Shown piece after piece: positions 37,901 through 49,971 of a stretch of DNA of 64,000 nt; positions within the stretch are counted from its first letter, which is position 1, and the number at the start of each line of letters is the position of its first letter. The position numbers and the translations under genes are program-made. Under the pieces are notes generated by a model. The model was not told the DNA's origin. It searched no databases and worked only from the letters and a program-made list of their open reading frames with translations. This DNA is from Macrostomum hystrix (taxonomy: Eukaryota > Animalia > Platyhelminthes): the NCBI GenBank assembly GCA_950097015.1, contig CATNEN010000008.1, positions 3,348,001-3,412,000 on the forward strand, in the 5' to 3' direction.

Positions 37901-38320
37901 AAAAGCTCTAAAAGTTGAACAAAGTAAAAACATTTTCTATACCAATTCATTAGCCTAAAACAGTAAACCGGGCAATTTATAATGCTAATGTGAGGACAGT
38001 CAAATCAGTTTATCCAGTCCTATTATGGCTTCCATTCATCTTAGATTTCCTATAGCACTGCCTTAACGCATGAATGGTGTAAAAGTACAGTGGCAGTTTA
38101 ATTTATAGTTTCCAGTCAGATGGTTTAGTCAGGCATAAAGACATCAGATTCGAACGGCTAAACGGAGCATACAGGAAAGCATTTTGTCGAATCCCTTTCA
38201 GGTCCGCTGCAGGACGTGACCTGCTCAGATACCATGCAGCACCTGCAGCATCACAGCATGAGTAGCACTTTTCTGCATCCGTCAAGGCACAGAAAAGTCA
38301 TATACGAAGTTGTGGTTTAA
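19942..38320 (+). CDS. Echinoid/nephrin-like IgSF adhesion receptor (signal peptide, 7 Ig, 2 FN3, TM, PDZ-binding tail), about 1189 aa
   Basis: Exons 19942-20038, 26126-26140 (candidate micro-exon), 28283-28612, 31005-31331, 31684-31815, 32069-33017, 33379-33515, 33635-34076, 34240-34769, 36638-36926, 37263-37465, 38202-38320. All GT-AG, phases compatible, total 3570 nt. Ig motifs (DAGVYQC, DTGRYRC, DAGLYRC), FN3 (LRPDTAYSCSVRSANRLG), TM IIAVASICTGLIVLLICVLTFFCC, C-terminus KVIYEVVV*. Confidence 0.88.
20515..21695 (+). repeat. 22-bp minisatellite CCCACCAGAATCCCATTCCCAA
   Basis: Direct inspection. Confidence 0.95.
22310..22580 (+). repeat. (GGATA)n/(GAATA)n microsatellite
   Basis: Direct inspection. 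Confidence 0.95.
23920..24515 (+). repeat. Adjacent 23-bp and 33-bp minisatellites sharing a CTGACACCC core
   Basis: TCTGACACCCCTGATTCATTCCA then CTGACACCCTGCAGTGTAGGCACCTCATTCTGT. Confidence 0.9.
25395..25685 (+). repeat. 20-bp minisatellite CTAGTATCTAGCAATGTCTC
   Basis: Direct inspection. Confidence 0.95.
26272..26655 (+). repeat. 20-bp minisatellite GAAGTGAT(G/T)GGA(G/A)TTGTTGG and shorter variants
   Basis: Direct inspection. Confidence 0.9.
27630..28260 (+). repeat. 31-32-bp minisatellite CTTAAATCTCAGTCATCCAGAGCCATGACCC ending about 20 nt before an acceptor
   Basis: Direct inspection. Confidence 0.93.
28611..29160 (+). repeat. 25-bp minisatellite (22 copies) built on the exon's 5' splice site
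   Basis: Unit C(A/T)GTGAGTACTATACTCGTGTTGTC; the first copy contains the donor at 28613. Confidence 0.95.
30558..30850 (+). repeat. 22-bp minisatellite CTACTCCCCTAATGACCCCAA(A/T)
   Basis: Direct inspection. Confidence 0.9.
31425..31600 (+). repeat. 19-bp minisatellite GAAGATTCGGGTTTTCTAG
   Basis: Direct inspection. Confidence 0.9.
34853..34958 (+). repeat. (TATC)n microsatellite
   Basis: Direct inspection. Confidence 0.95.
35715..36533 (+). repeat. 16-bp minisatellite GCAGTGAGGAGTGACA
   Basis: Direct inspection. Confidence 0.95.
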
Positions 38321-41300
38321 GTAATTCGATTTAGCAAACCAACAGCCAGCTTAATCCAAAGCCAAAAGAACACATGAGCTTCACTCAGGTCCAAATCTTT
38401 CTAAAATTCATGACAATCGTGAGACTATCAAATTGTACGAGCGTATTTATAATTTTTTATTTATTTGCCAGAAAGTATAATTTGCGATTCGAACTTCTGA
38501 TGATCTTTCCTAAACTACGAGCGTTAGAAACGGCAGCCGCTTGCGATAAATATGCTTTTGTATCGCTGATTATTTTATAAAGCTATTATCATCAAAACCC
38601 CTAGCTATTCAAATCCTCACAGAATCTCGATTCCTCCCTTATCCAGACTCTACCTAAATCTTTCATGTTGTGCTTAATTTTCTTTATGATTAGAAAATGT
38701 ATCACAAGTTACGACTCTTACCGAATACTGACTCCTTATTCCCCTTCAATCCCAATTCGCCCACTTCGACTAAGTTGCTTATTTTTGTTTTGCGCTATGA
38801 CACTTATTGCATTCTTGACATTGACCCCGAACCTATATAAAAAATTGTAATTCGATGCATTTTCACATTCTAATTGAGCTTTTTACGCCACATGAGCACG
38901 TATCTACGAGCGTAATTAAAACTTTTATACTAAAACGGTTAAAATCTTAAAGGAAAGCATTGCTGCAAATTCTGCAATTGCTGCATGGCTGCTGGAATTA
39001 TGTCGTTATTGCTGCTGGCATTAACAAATCAGTGAAACAATCAGCTAAGCTGAATTTATTACGTGGCTTGTCTTTCATGTACAAAAATGTAATGTAAACT
39101 ATACGCGTGCTTTAAGTTAGCGCACACAATCCGCTTGAACGTTCAAAGTATATTCACTACGAGCCTCTGGTTGATAATATTTTTTGCTTACAGAATTATA
39201 GCCGAGCAAGCGAGTCCACTGAATCATGCCTAGAATCAAACCATTAATAAAAAGAAGTTTTTTAATTACCCTTTCAGTCATATGCGCAATGTTCTTACAT
39301 ATCCTATTCTTTTGTACGCACTCTATTTTATGACCTTTTATGCGCAATAAAAGTATTTATCTCCCATTTTCATTGATATTTTGACTAAGTCAAAGGGCGT
39401 CTTTTTAAGAACTTCTTGACCCATGCAATTTTCTCATCTTTAATACTTGCTTCACGTACAGTAGTTGGTTTTTAGGTAGCGCTCACATGTTGATTTGCTC
39501 GTAATTGCACTGTTCACTCGCAAGCTTTTCCGAGTTTCAATAAATTATTAATTTTGGTATCCTGAGTTTAGTTATTGTCAATGGCTTCATGCAATTACTA
39601 AAAATAAATATTGTAGTCTCTTGACTTATCAGAAGCTTTGTAAAAATATGAAAAAATGCTATAGAAAGGCGGCAGTCAAAGAAATTAAACTAACTAGCTA
39701 ATCAATTTTATTGCAATGAATCAAGTGCGCAGTTGACACCAATCGCAATAAATTCGCTTGTCACGTGCATCCAAACTGTTATTTCTTTATCAGCATACTG
39801 TCCATGTGTACCCTAGATTAGTTGTTTGAGCTAAAATTGTCAAAGTTTAAGGAGTGACTAACAAAATCGACAGATCATAAAAAGTAATTTAAGCTGTGAA
39901 AGCCCGCAAGTGCTTGAACTTTAACACGGGGTCCGCTTCCCCAGACAGTTAAAACGTTTTAGTCTTATTTATCGATAAAACTAAAATATAACAAAAACAA
40001 AAACTTGACACCTCTTTAGCCAAACGCAACCGTTGATTGGCTGGAATTCAAACAGGTTTATATGCACTGGGCTTTCCGTTGGCTTTTTGTGTTCCATAGA
40101 CATATTCGGCTTAAACTGTAAAACTTAAACTGTAAATATCTTGTTAGTCTTGCAGAAGTCCTATAATGTTCTTCTCAGTTCTAATCTATTGATTAGAAGG
40201 GAACTCAGTTGCTGAAGCTAATATACGGACGTATGTTTTCGAATAAGTAATATGAGTGTCAGCATCACTTTAATAAAGCTATTTGAATATCGGGCATAAA
40301 ATATAAAATATTTCTCGCGTCGCCTGCTTTCGCCTCGTTTTCCTTCATGCAATTATGCATGACTATATGAGTAACTTGTCTCTATGTCTAGCAAATATAT
40401 ATTAAAAGTAAGTTCAATCTGCGATGTACATTATAATAGAGATGTAGACGAATGCAAAAATCTCGCTTGGTGGCTAGAACAAAAAACAAATGTAAAAATA
40501 ATGTCACTTGTTCCACAGAATGTAAGACAGTAAGTGTACTGAGATTGTGAAGCAGATGTACGCTTTATACTCATATAATTCCCATATTCGACTGCAGATT
40601 AGTCAATGAAAAATAAAAAAGCGAACTAGAGATTTCCACTACCCCATTCAAGCTAACACTTAGCAAGTGCATTTGCTATCAGTAGAAATTTATTTTTTCT
40701 AAAATAGGGACTGAGAAATAGATCGATGACACACGATGGACAACAAATAGAAAAATGCCGCCCAATCAAAGCGAGTCAGTGTGGATACAGTTTGTCTTAT
40801 CAGTTTATAAAATGGGAAGAAAACAATAGAAAAAGCACGAAAAAGCTAGCAACAGAAAATTATTTTAAGCGGAAGCTTAAAAACTGCAAAATGGCACTGT
40901 CAAGCCAAACCAGCTGTGTTTAAGAATTTGTGGATTTTATTAAAGTGCCGCAAAACCAATTAGTTGAAGCAACAAGAATAACGAGAATAGCAAAAATACG
41001 AAATAGCTAAAAAAAACATTTGACGAAGCTGAATTGATAATTTATATAAATCAACAAAGCCAAGCCAACAATGAAAAATATAATTAACTGCAGCGAATTA
41101 TAAATATGTGCGAAAAACACCTCACCTGATATACTGCTTTCAAAGTAGCAAAATTAGCACCTGTCAGGCTTTTTAAATAGCAGAAGAAGGTTTTGTCTTG
41201 GATTTTTGGACACACGCGAGACTGAAGCATCAAATCATGAAATAAAATGTTAATTGGGATTACGAGAGCTCAGAAAACACGGGCTGTTAACAAAATACAA

Positions 41301-41740
41301 AAAAATCATTTGCTTATCGACAGCAAAAAATGTGAGAAAATAAGCCATGCATTTAATGCTTTCTCATTGGATTAAGTCTTGAATTTTAAGTCTTGAATTA
41401 AGAGAGCAGTAATTAAGACAGTAAATAAAAGTTGATTTTATCGATGAGAAAAGTAGCAAGGATCATTGAGATGTGGATTTGTTATTAAGTTATTCGTTAA
41501 TATAAAACTATTCAGATCATATTTCACCTTAACTCAAGGTTTAAAGTTTCAAAAAGAGTTATGATGTTTTCGTAGTAGTTGAAGTAACAAAAATACTTCA
41601 ACGAACTCAACGAACAATTAGAAACTGCATGGGAGATTTCAGAACTTGGGAGAAATTATAGAGTGAGTAAAAAATTTGTCTGCGAAGACGACAAATTCAA
41701 GCCATTTACTGTCCGTAAGACTTAAACAGTTTCATTTTTG

Positions 41741-43993
41741 CTACTGCTGCAGAGACGTGAAAGCGGGCGCGGCGCTGTGCCAGCGGCGCTGCTGGCCCAC
41801 GGCGCCGAACTCGGGCGACGACCCGAAAATGTCGCTGGAAGAAGCGCCTCTGGATCTAGCGGAGTTTGGCGGGCTGCCGCGCCACTGCCAGCCTGCATGC
41901 TGGTGATCGTCTTCGCCTGACGAGCCCCACGGCCACGTCGATTGTCCAGCAGCGATAGGCCCCGGTTCACGCGTCGGTTCATCTTCGCCAACGGCGACGC
42001 GGGGCATTGGTGAAGCAGGCGGCCTCGGAGTCGGTTCTAGACCCGAGGTTGCGGCTTGCTCAGCCATAGACTCGAGCAAAGGGGCAGGAGCAGCGCTCCA
42101 CCCGAGCATTGAGGCGGCGGAGGTCGCCGGCTCACTTGCAGTCGGGGCGGATGTAGCCTCCAGCATCAGGTTTAGGGCAGCGACCCTTGGCTCGAGCATC
42201 GGGGCAGCGATAGCCCTGGATCCAGGACGCATCGGGGTAGAAGCAGCCTGCGGTTGCTGCTGCAGCATTGGTTCTATATTTGCAATGCCAGCAGGCCTCG
42301 GCCGCAGTTCACGCACAGGGCCGTGAATTTGGGCAACGGCAGCCAGTGGTTGTCGCTGAGCTGCAGGCATCGATATGGGCGGCGGACCTTATTCAGCGCA
42401 GAAGTGGAGAAGTAATTTGATTTTCAGGTTCAGAAATCACTTATAAAAAATGAAACTACTATTTTTCATGTCATCTAAGTATAAAGGGCATGCTTCCCAG
42501 AATACTCTAGAATCAAGACTCCATTTATATTTTATACTTACCCTCCTAATGTACAGAGCGTATCTGAATTATATATCCACAATGGTCTTTGTACACCATA
42601 TAGAAAAATTCTACATTCTATATATTTAATTTACCATTACAATTAGCATACTTTTTGCATATACTATTAAAGTTGTTATATTTTCAATAGCAAACTTACC
42701 AACTGGAACACCTTGTGCAGCTAAGACGACCCCATCAGCCATCGGAGGCTGGACTGCCTGGGAAGGCAAGTTGCCGAAAAGTGCAAGTGTCGAGATGGCT
42801 TCTTGGACCATATTAGTGCGGGTCTCCATTTCAATGAAATTCTTCGGCGTTTGAAGACATGCCGGATACGGCATTCCGGGGTAGGATTTGTCCCACAAAT
42901 TACGCATCGTACACCACATGTTTAAGTAAAACGAAACGAGCGGGTGAGAAATAATCCACTTCACCTCGAGCAGAGAAGCTACATTTCCATTATTGCCTTC
43001 CAACGCAGTCTTCTGGCCGATGAAAAATCTCCTTGCAGCAGTGCCACTAAACATGGTGTTTGATTCGCCGGAAGCACAACCATATAAGTTCGTTCCGATC
43101 TTGACCGAGTAGAAACCTTCCAGAATTTTAACTGTTTCTGAGTCGAGACTGCTGTCAACAGTATTCGAAGCAATCAGTAGGTTCATAGGTAATGCTTTAA
43201 CTAACATTGACTTGACTTCAAGAATCTGGGATGGGTCGTGCGAAGAAATGACAACAAGCGATTTTCCGTCAAAATCGACGTCAACTCCGATGGTTTTGAG
43301 GTACATGTTGAGAATGCAGTCAACAGGAATTTGTCCCTTACTAATCATTCCAAACTTCTTTGAAATTACATTAGAAAATTTGGCGACTACACTAGCCCAC
43401 TTGGCACTGGGAATGCGAGTGGTAGAAGATAGCTTAAAAACCGGCAGATTAAAATGAGTAGAAAGACGTTCTTTAAGTTGATTTGCAAAAGAAACAACGG
43501 AAGCCGAGTTCCTTACAGTTCCTCTGATGAAAACTTCCCAATGATCGTTGGTGAGCCCTGGGTAGGAAAGGTGAATTCCAATTGCCTTTTTTTTCGCCAA
43601 GTCATTAAGACGCGAAATTTCTTGTTGCACAGCTGGATGGAGTGAAGGTGGGCACTTAAAAGGAACCGTGAAGATCACTAACTGGTTAAGACGAATATGT
43701 TCGATGGAAGACGAGAACACTTCAAGCAGTCGATCTTCGATTTCCTCCGCACAGGGCTCCTTCTTTAACTCGAGTTCAGTTGGCGTAATCAGCACCTCAT
43801 CCTCACCTTGAAAAGACAGTGGAAAATTAGCCTCAGCTGATGAAAGGCGTGCGCTCTTCTCAGGAAAGTGAATAAGCGTCTTTGAAAGTATTTGCAAGTT
43901 CTTGTGGCTAATTCCTTTCTTTCCAATTAAATGACTATGATCATCAAACGAAACGCTTAAGCGCAGAATGGGTCCTTTAAGTAGATGATACAT
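41741..43993 (-). CDS. Divergent Bicaudal-C/GLD-3-like KH-domain RNA-binding protein; exons 42700-43993 and 41741-42387; further upstream exon(s) possible
   Basis: LRLSVSFDDHSHLIGKKG...IHFPE matches BicC LKMDVSHTDHSHIIGKGG...IHFPD; EVFIRGTVRNSASV and LVKALPMNLLI match BicC KH-like segments. Phase-1 intron G|GTAAGT (42699) to AAG|GT (42388) keeps the frame into the Pro/Ala-rich last exon. Confidence 0.78.
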
Positions 43994-46900
43994 CGCTACC
44001 GTTTTGCAAAGGATATGAGTCCACTAGGGAAGGGATCTGGGGCAGAATTTTAAGGCTAAGTTAATATTTTATTGACCTCTAACTCTACGAAAACCATCAG
44101 AACTTCTCCCTATTTCCCTATCTATTCTAGGCAGTCTCTGATAGGCTAAAGTAGAAGTGAACCAATCGCGTCACCCCTGGAGGGGGGAGGATGTGAAACT
44201 CAAATTTAACAGAGCTGGGGCAAATAATCGTGTTAGCTGATTGAATTTTAATTACCACTAGCCAGATAAGATACGCTGATAGCCTAATATGATGTTCTAA
44301 ACTGCTATATGATAAATTTCACAGGTATGTATGTACATGTATTTGAAGTTTACAAGAGCGAAACAAATGTGTTAAATAGGCGAAGATAACCGGGTGAAAA
44401 TAAAAAACACCACTGATGATAGACGGTCAGACGGGCAGTGATGCATTGAATGTAGTGAGGGTAAGAACAGAAAACTCTGACTTCTTAGTCGTTTGAAGCC
44501 CGTCTTTTCTAACGCCAATGTTTTTGAAATAGCACAAATGCATAACATAAAGCATTAATGGCAGAATGGAACTAAAAATAAGCCGCAGTCATCAGAAATA
44601 TAATACGAGCGCATAATCAAAATCCACGACAGGAATGAACGTCGCAATGAATGCAACATTCGGCATGCAACTATACAGCAAGCCAGGTTGGGGGAATTTC
44701 AAGAGGGACAAGTACTAATTCCAGTGACTGTTACTCGTAATTAAAGCTGCGAGATTCTATTTGCAGTCACAGTTTGTTTGCACACCTTAAGATAATAAAT
44801 ATCTGCGTATTAAAAGGTCATCCTAGCGGTTAACCGAAAATTGACAAGATAATTACTCATTGAACAATGTGCCAATGCCACGGATGGCTGTGCGACTTAA
44901 TTGGTGCTAATTAGCTCATAAAAGTGATAAAAACCAGCTAATTAATTAGCAAACAATTCTGAACAATCGAGACTCGACCTCGACGCACCAATGGCTGCTA
45001 CCTTAAGATTCTAAACTTAAGCATGCATGACCAGGCCAGTAGATAACGAAGACTGAAAAGCTATATAGTTTTAAGCCAATAGAATTAATAAGATTATAAT
45101 AGATTGTCCGAGGGAAAGCCACTATTTTATTCAAAGGAAGGCCTATTGTGATTTTTTGCTACTCGTATTAGTCAAAGGTGGGGGTCATTGACCGATGACT
45201 AAGCCGTAATTCACATATTTAAAGCAGCCCAATGAGTGAAAGAAAAAGCAAAAATACCCGAAAACACTTTACAAACACGACATTAAACTTTGCACTTACA
45301 TCTTGCTTTTGAGTAAAGATGTGACTATATAATAGTTAGCAAGCGCTCTTTTATATTAAATATAGAAAGCATAACAAATTTATTGCCAATAGCTTACGAG
45401 TTTCGATTTCGGCGAAATCTATCCAAGTAAGAAAAACTAAGCAAAGTACGCAAAATGATATATATTCAAAGAAAGGAATATCTTTTGCATAGATTGCATA
45501 GATATAAAAAACTGCAAGCATGCTGCAGTGCTTCATTCAGCGCTTTCTAAATAGTCCAATAAAAATAGTAGACACAAGAGTTTCTTGGCGTTCAAATCGA
45601 ATATGCACGAGATTAGCACAAGTTAAAGAGTATAACAGCACCTTTGTAGGATCAAAAGTTAATTTTAGATTTCAAGTTACTTTTGAATAGAAACGGTGTG
45701 AAGTAAGTTGGTCACAAAAGTCCAAATGTAAAATAAAAACAATACTGCAAAATCTTCTAAAGCACCTTCAGAGAAAAATGTAAATAATCGTAGCAGTCGC
45801 TTTTGATATTTCTTATCGAATTGCAATTGCAAATCAAAAACGAACAAAACTCAAATGAGCGAAAACCGCATCCCGCACAGTTTAATCTCTCACCATCCAT
45901 CTGCCAGCAAGTTCGGCTTATTTTTATTCATATGAAAGTGTTTCCTTTTCCGTTTCCCAAGTGTGAATAGAATTGCCACCCTGGTCCCAACTCGAGAGGA
46001 AGCACCCAAGCTGCTTGGAGTGCCCAATAATAAGTCGAGGCTTTAACGGCATAAACTGCAAATCGGTCATTTAGTCCAGAAGGACGGGGTCGACTAAACT
46101 AACTGGTGTCAGTTTATCGATCAAAAATAGAAGTTTGGGTGGTAAAAAAACCCTATTGCTATTGGCTGAGGTGTTTTTTATTTCTCATACCCTTCGGCCA
46201 ATAAAAATGTTTCTCGGCCTTTTTCGACTTTTCTCTCACTGCTTTTGCTTAGCAAGACATTTTTTTATTTGTAAACACGTTTTAAATACGTCTTGATGTC
46301 TAGAAATCCTACTCTTCGTCTTCAATAAGGCTTCAATGAGGCTAACTTCAACTGAAAAGAAGTTGAATATTTGCAAAATATATACTGAGACACATGGCTG
46401 GGCCCTGTGTATTAATGATAATAAGTATCAAACACGCAGATACAACACTTGACCGAGTTGACACAGCCCTAAAAAGCAACCGCTTGCATTACAGCGGCTT
46501 TACTTAACACAGTACTAAGCACAAAACATTTGTCTATTTCCTATTCGATTCGATTCGAAGATTTTCATGCAATATTGTAGCCAAGTGTGATTTGTTCACA
46601 ATAAGAAAAAATGGTATCTGCCAATCTGGTCTTTTAACAAACTGATAATAGTACGAGTACAAGTTAACGTGTTTGAAAAATAAATAGGGACAATCAGAGG
46701 TTAAAAAGCAAAAAAGACAAGCTACTTAGGCTCGTATTTACAAGTAAATATGTAAATACCACAGTGAAAAAAACAGATTGCATAAGGCGCCGATTCATTG
46801 AGAATACTCGTAGAAATCGGGCAAGTGTCGTCCGTCCAAAAATGGATAAAAAGCGTGCGTGGATTTAACAATGCGCATAGAGCGCCGCGCATCAATCAAA

Positions 46901-47346
46901 TCAAATCGCTCGAATCGAATAAAGCAATCGATTGCGAGGATCTTGTTCGAGTACAGATTGCGTCAGTGTGCAGTAAGGAAAATAATCAAAGGTCCGATTC
47001 TGAAACTAGCGTCGACAGTCTGGACTGTGCTTGAGTTGTGTCGAACATCTAGCACTGCCTTAATAAAATATAGCGACAAAATAATAATAGATTGTGGCAG
47101 AATTTATCGGCAGTGATATAGAAAATAATGTTAGTCTGTACAAGCGCGACTTGATGGGGAATAAAAGCTGAGAGATGAGGTAACAGCTCAAATAATTTAT
47201 TGCACACGAGGGCAAAGAGCCGACCAGATCATAATCGGAGATCAATAAAAAGCGACCTTGATTTAATCAGTTAGAAAAACTTCCGATAAATGATGCACTT
47301 GTTAATTCGGCCAGACTGCACTAAGCATCGATTGCAGTGCAGGAGT

Positions 47347-49845
47347 TCACGCGAATTTAACCCAATCGTTGTTATGCCCCGTCAAAGAAGCGGCCGGATA
47401 CGAAGCCGGGCGAGTTGGTCTCTGGCCGTAGTGGACCAGAATCTGATCTCTGAAGGGCGAGGTGAACTGTAATAGGTCGCCGACATCGGCTGAGCTGTCA
47501 GTGTTCGACGCAGGTGGCGGCTCCGGTTCATTGGAGCCGATGAGCGCAGCCCAATGATCCATGCTGCTGGTGTTGGATGCCTGCTCGCAGATTAGAAACT
47601 CAAACGGCAGCGCAGGCTTTGGCGGAGGTGTTACAAAATGAATGCTGGCTGCGGCAGAGGTGGGCGCCGAATAAAAGTCGCTCCCGTTGCCGCTCTGCGA
47701 TGATGCGGTCGAATGCAGCGAGGCCGCGTCGTTGTTGCTGTCATCGCCGGAATTAATGCTGATTAGCACAGCTTCGCTACAGTCAGGGCCTTCCTCGACG
47801 ATGACAGCTGGTTCTTGACCACCGCTGCAGTTTTCAACAATACGCGACATCTGACCATCAGCTTCATCGTTCTCTTCTTCATCGTCTTCAATGTCATCGT
47901 TGTCTTCGTCAGATATCGGCATCCTTTGAAGTTGCTGCTGCTGCTGTTGCGGCTGATTGGCGAAACGCCTGGCCAGTCGAGAGCGCACAGTTTGGCCGAT
48001 GTTTCGACGCAGGTCGACAATCATACGACGCCGGCGCCGGCTGTTCAACAAGCGGTCGGCTGCCCGATTGAAGGCGTCGTAGTGCGGCTCGGTCGGAGAG
48101 GCCAGGTAGCGATCGGCGAATTCGCGAAACAGCTGCGAGCCAGCCAGGCGGCGGAGGAAGGTCCGGTGCGACTCGGGACTGGCCGCCAGGAAGGCTTCGA
48201 GGTTGAACTCCGACGCACCGGCTGCTGACTGCAGACGAATCGGCGCTAATAACTCGACATTGACCTTTAGAAGCGCCTTAGAGAAGTCGTCACCCTTGGC
48301 ACCGGAAGATTGTGCGCGCCTGATAGCGTGTTTGGCGGCGCGGACTACTCCTGGAACATTTAATGCAAAATCATTTTAACACTCCAACAGGTCAGGAAAT
48401 CTACTGACATCACCTGCCTAGCAGCAGCACGACTCACTTCCAGGTAGACCAATCTGCTCCGCCGAGGCGGGCGAATTCTCCGCTACAAACAGGTCAACGC
48501 TGTCCAAATTGACCAGGGCAAACTCGGGATCGGCGAAATTGGCATCAACCCTAGCCCGATTGGTTGCGTAGAGAGCCTCCGCTAGACCGAAAATGCAGGG
48601 CACCAGGCAGCCAATGTGGTCAATGTTGGCCGCTGAGAGGCTGGGCGCAAACACGTGCTCCCAGCTGAATGGATACAGCATCGAGACGCATCCGAAGGCG
48701 CACAGAGTCAGGCGGTCCAAACGGCTGTCCGGTAGGGCATTGGGGAGAGCATGATGAGAAACTACAGCGTTAGACAAGATCATTCGCAGAATCGGAGTTG
48801 CATTAACTACAAAATTTATATATCCGCTGCCCACCCAATGATGCTAAGGCTAAGGCACCAGCTGCCCACCCAATGATGCTAAGGCTAAGGCACCAGCTGC
48901 TCACCCAATGATGCTAAGGCTAAGGCACCAGCTGCCCACCCAATGATGCTAAGGCTAAGGCACCAGCTGCCCACCCAATGATGCTAAGGCTAAGGCACCA
49001 GCTGCCCACCCAATGATGCTAAGGCTAAGGCACCAGCTGCCCACTCAATGATGCTAAGGTACCAGCTGCCCACCCAATGATGCTAAGGCACCAGCTGTCC
49101 ATGATAAGAGTAAGGCAAAGAGGACTAAGAGACTATCACTCACTTTGTAAAAATAGTGCAATAAGGTAAAGGAAAGAACTGACAGACAAAAACATTTCAA
49201 TGATAATGAGCACTAATGATACCTAGCAACCAGCAGCAGTTTGCGCTCGGTCAGCATGGCGGCCAGCAGGTACAGCAGGGTGTCGGGACTGCGGCCGAGC
49301 TGTCTGGCCAGCTCTTGCACCGGACCCCAGCTGGTAGAGTCAGGCAGAGGACGGTCGTTCGGCTTGCCGATAGTGACCGAGGCGGCCAACTGCTTCGAGA
49401 TGGTGATCACGGGATCGGCGGGCCAGGCGCCAGTGCTGAGCTGGCGCAGCAGGGCCGGGAAGATGTCGAAGCCAGGTCGGCGGGTCACCAGGGCCAGGCA
49501 GTCGACAAAGCCGCTTTTGTCGTCGTTGTCATTGTCATCGACTTTCTGGCCGTCCGGTTTACTAACAGTTCGACTGTAAACAGCGAATAGGAAGGTGAAA
49601 CGCGAGTTCAAATCGGTGAACACCGTGCAGAGAGTGTCGCCGTGCATCGGGCTCCAGCCATCGGGCAGTGCGTACTCCAGCACCCGAGGCTGCCACTCTT
49701 CGCAGGCGGCTGGCAGCGCAGACGAGGATGAGATCACAGAGACTGGGCCGCTGCCGCTGATATGTCGGCGCAGACAGTAGAGAGCCTCAAATGTTAGCGC
49801 AGGCGGATCCAACGGGTGCAGGCGGCTAACGATGCCCTGTTTCAT
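47347..49845 (-). CDS. DENND1: DENND1/connecdenn-like Rab GEF; exons 49223-49845, 48438-48724, 47347-48350
   Basis: uDENN (TVFTDLNSRFTF), cDENN (LLAAMLTERKLLLVAS RLDRLTLCAFGCVSMLYPFSWEHVFAP), dDENN (SQLFREFADRYL). Junction phases 2 and 1 are consistent. C-terminal DWVKF is a WxxF-type motif. Start assigned to MKQGIVSR because 49947-50007 looks like a 5'UTR intron. Confidence 0.87.
48828..49095 (+). repeat. 35-bp minisatellite in DENND1-like intron
   Basis: GCTGCCCACCCAATGATGCTAAGGCTAAGGCACCA, about 7 copies. Confidence 0.92.
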
Positions 49846-49971
49846 AGCTGAACTCGGACCGAAGTATGAAAAGCCCTTCGATATTGAAGTCGCGGTACCT
49901 TTAGATTGGTTAGCACGATCTATTGCTGCTGCTGCTGCCGCACGAGCTGTGGGCGGCGAGCAAGGAAAAAA

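Noticed and set aside
46798-47116. Short plus-strand ORFs downstream of the DENND1-like stop
   Set aside because: Antisense to the probable 3'UTR; no domain similarity.
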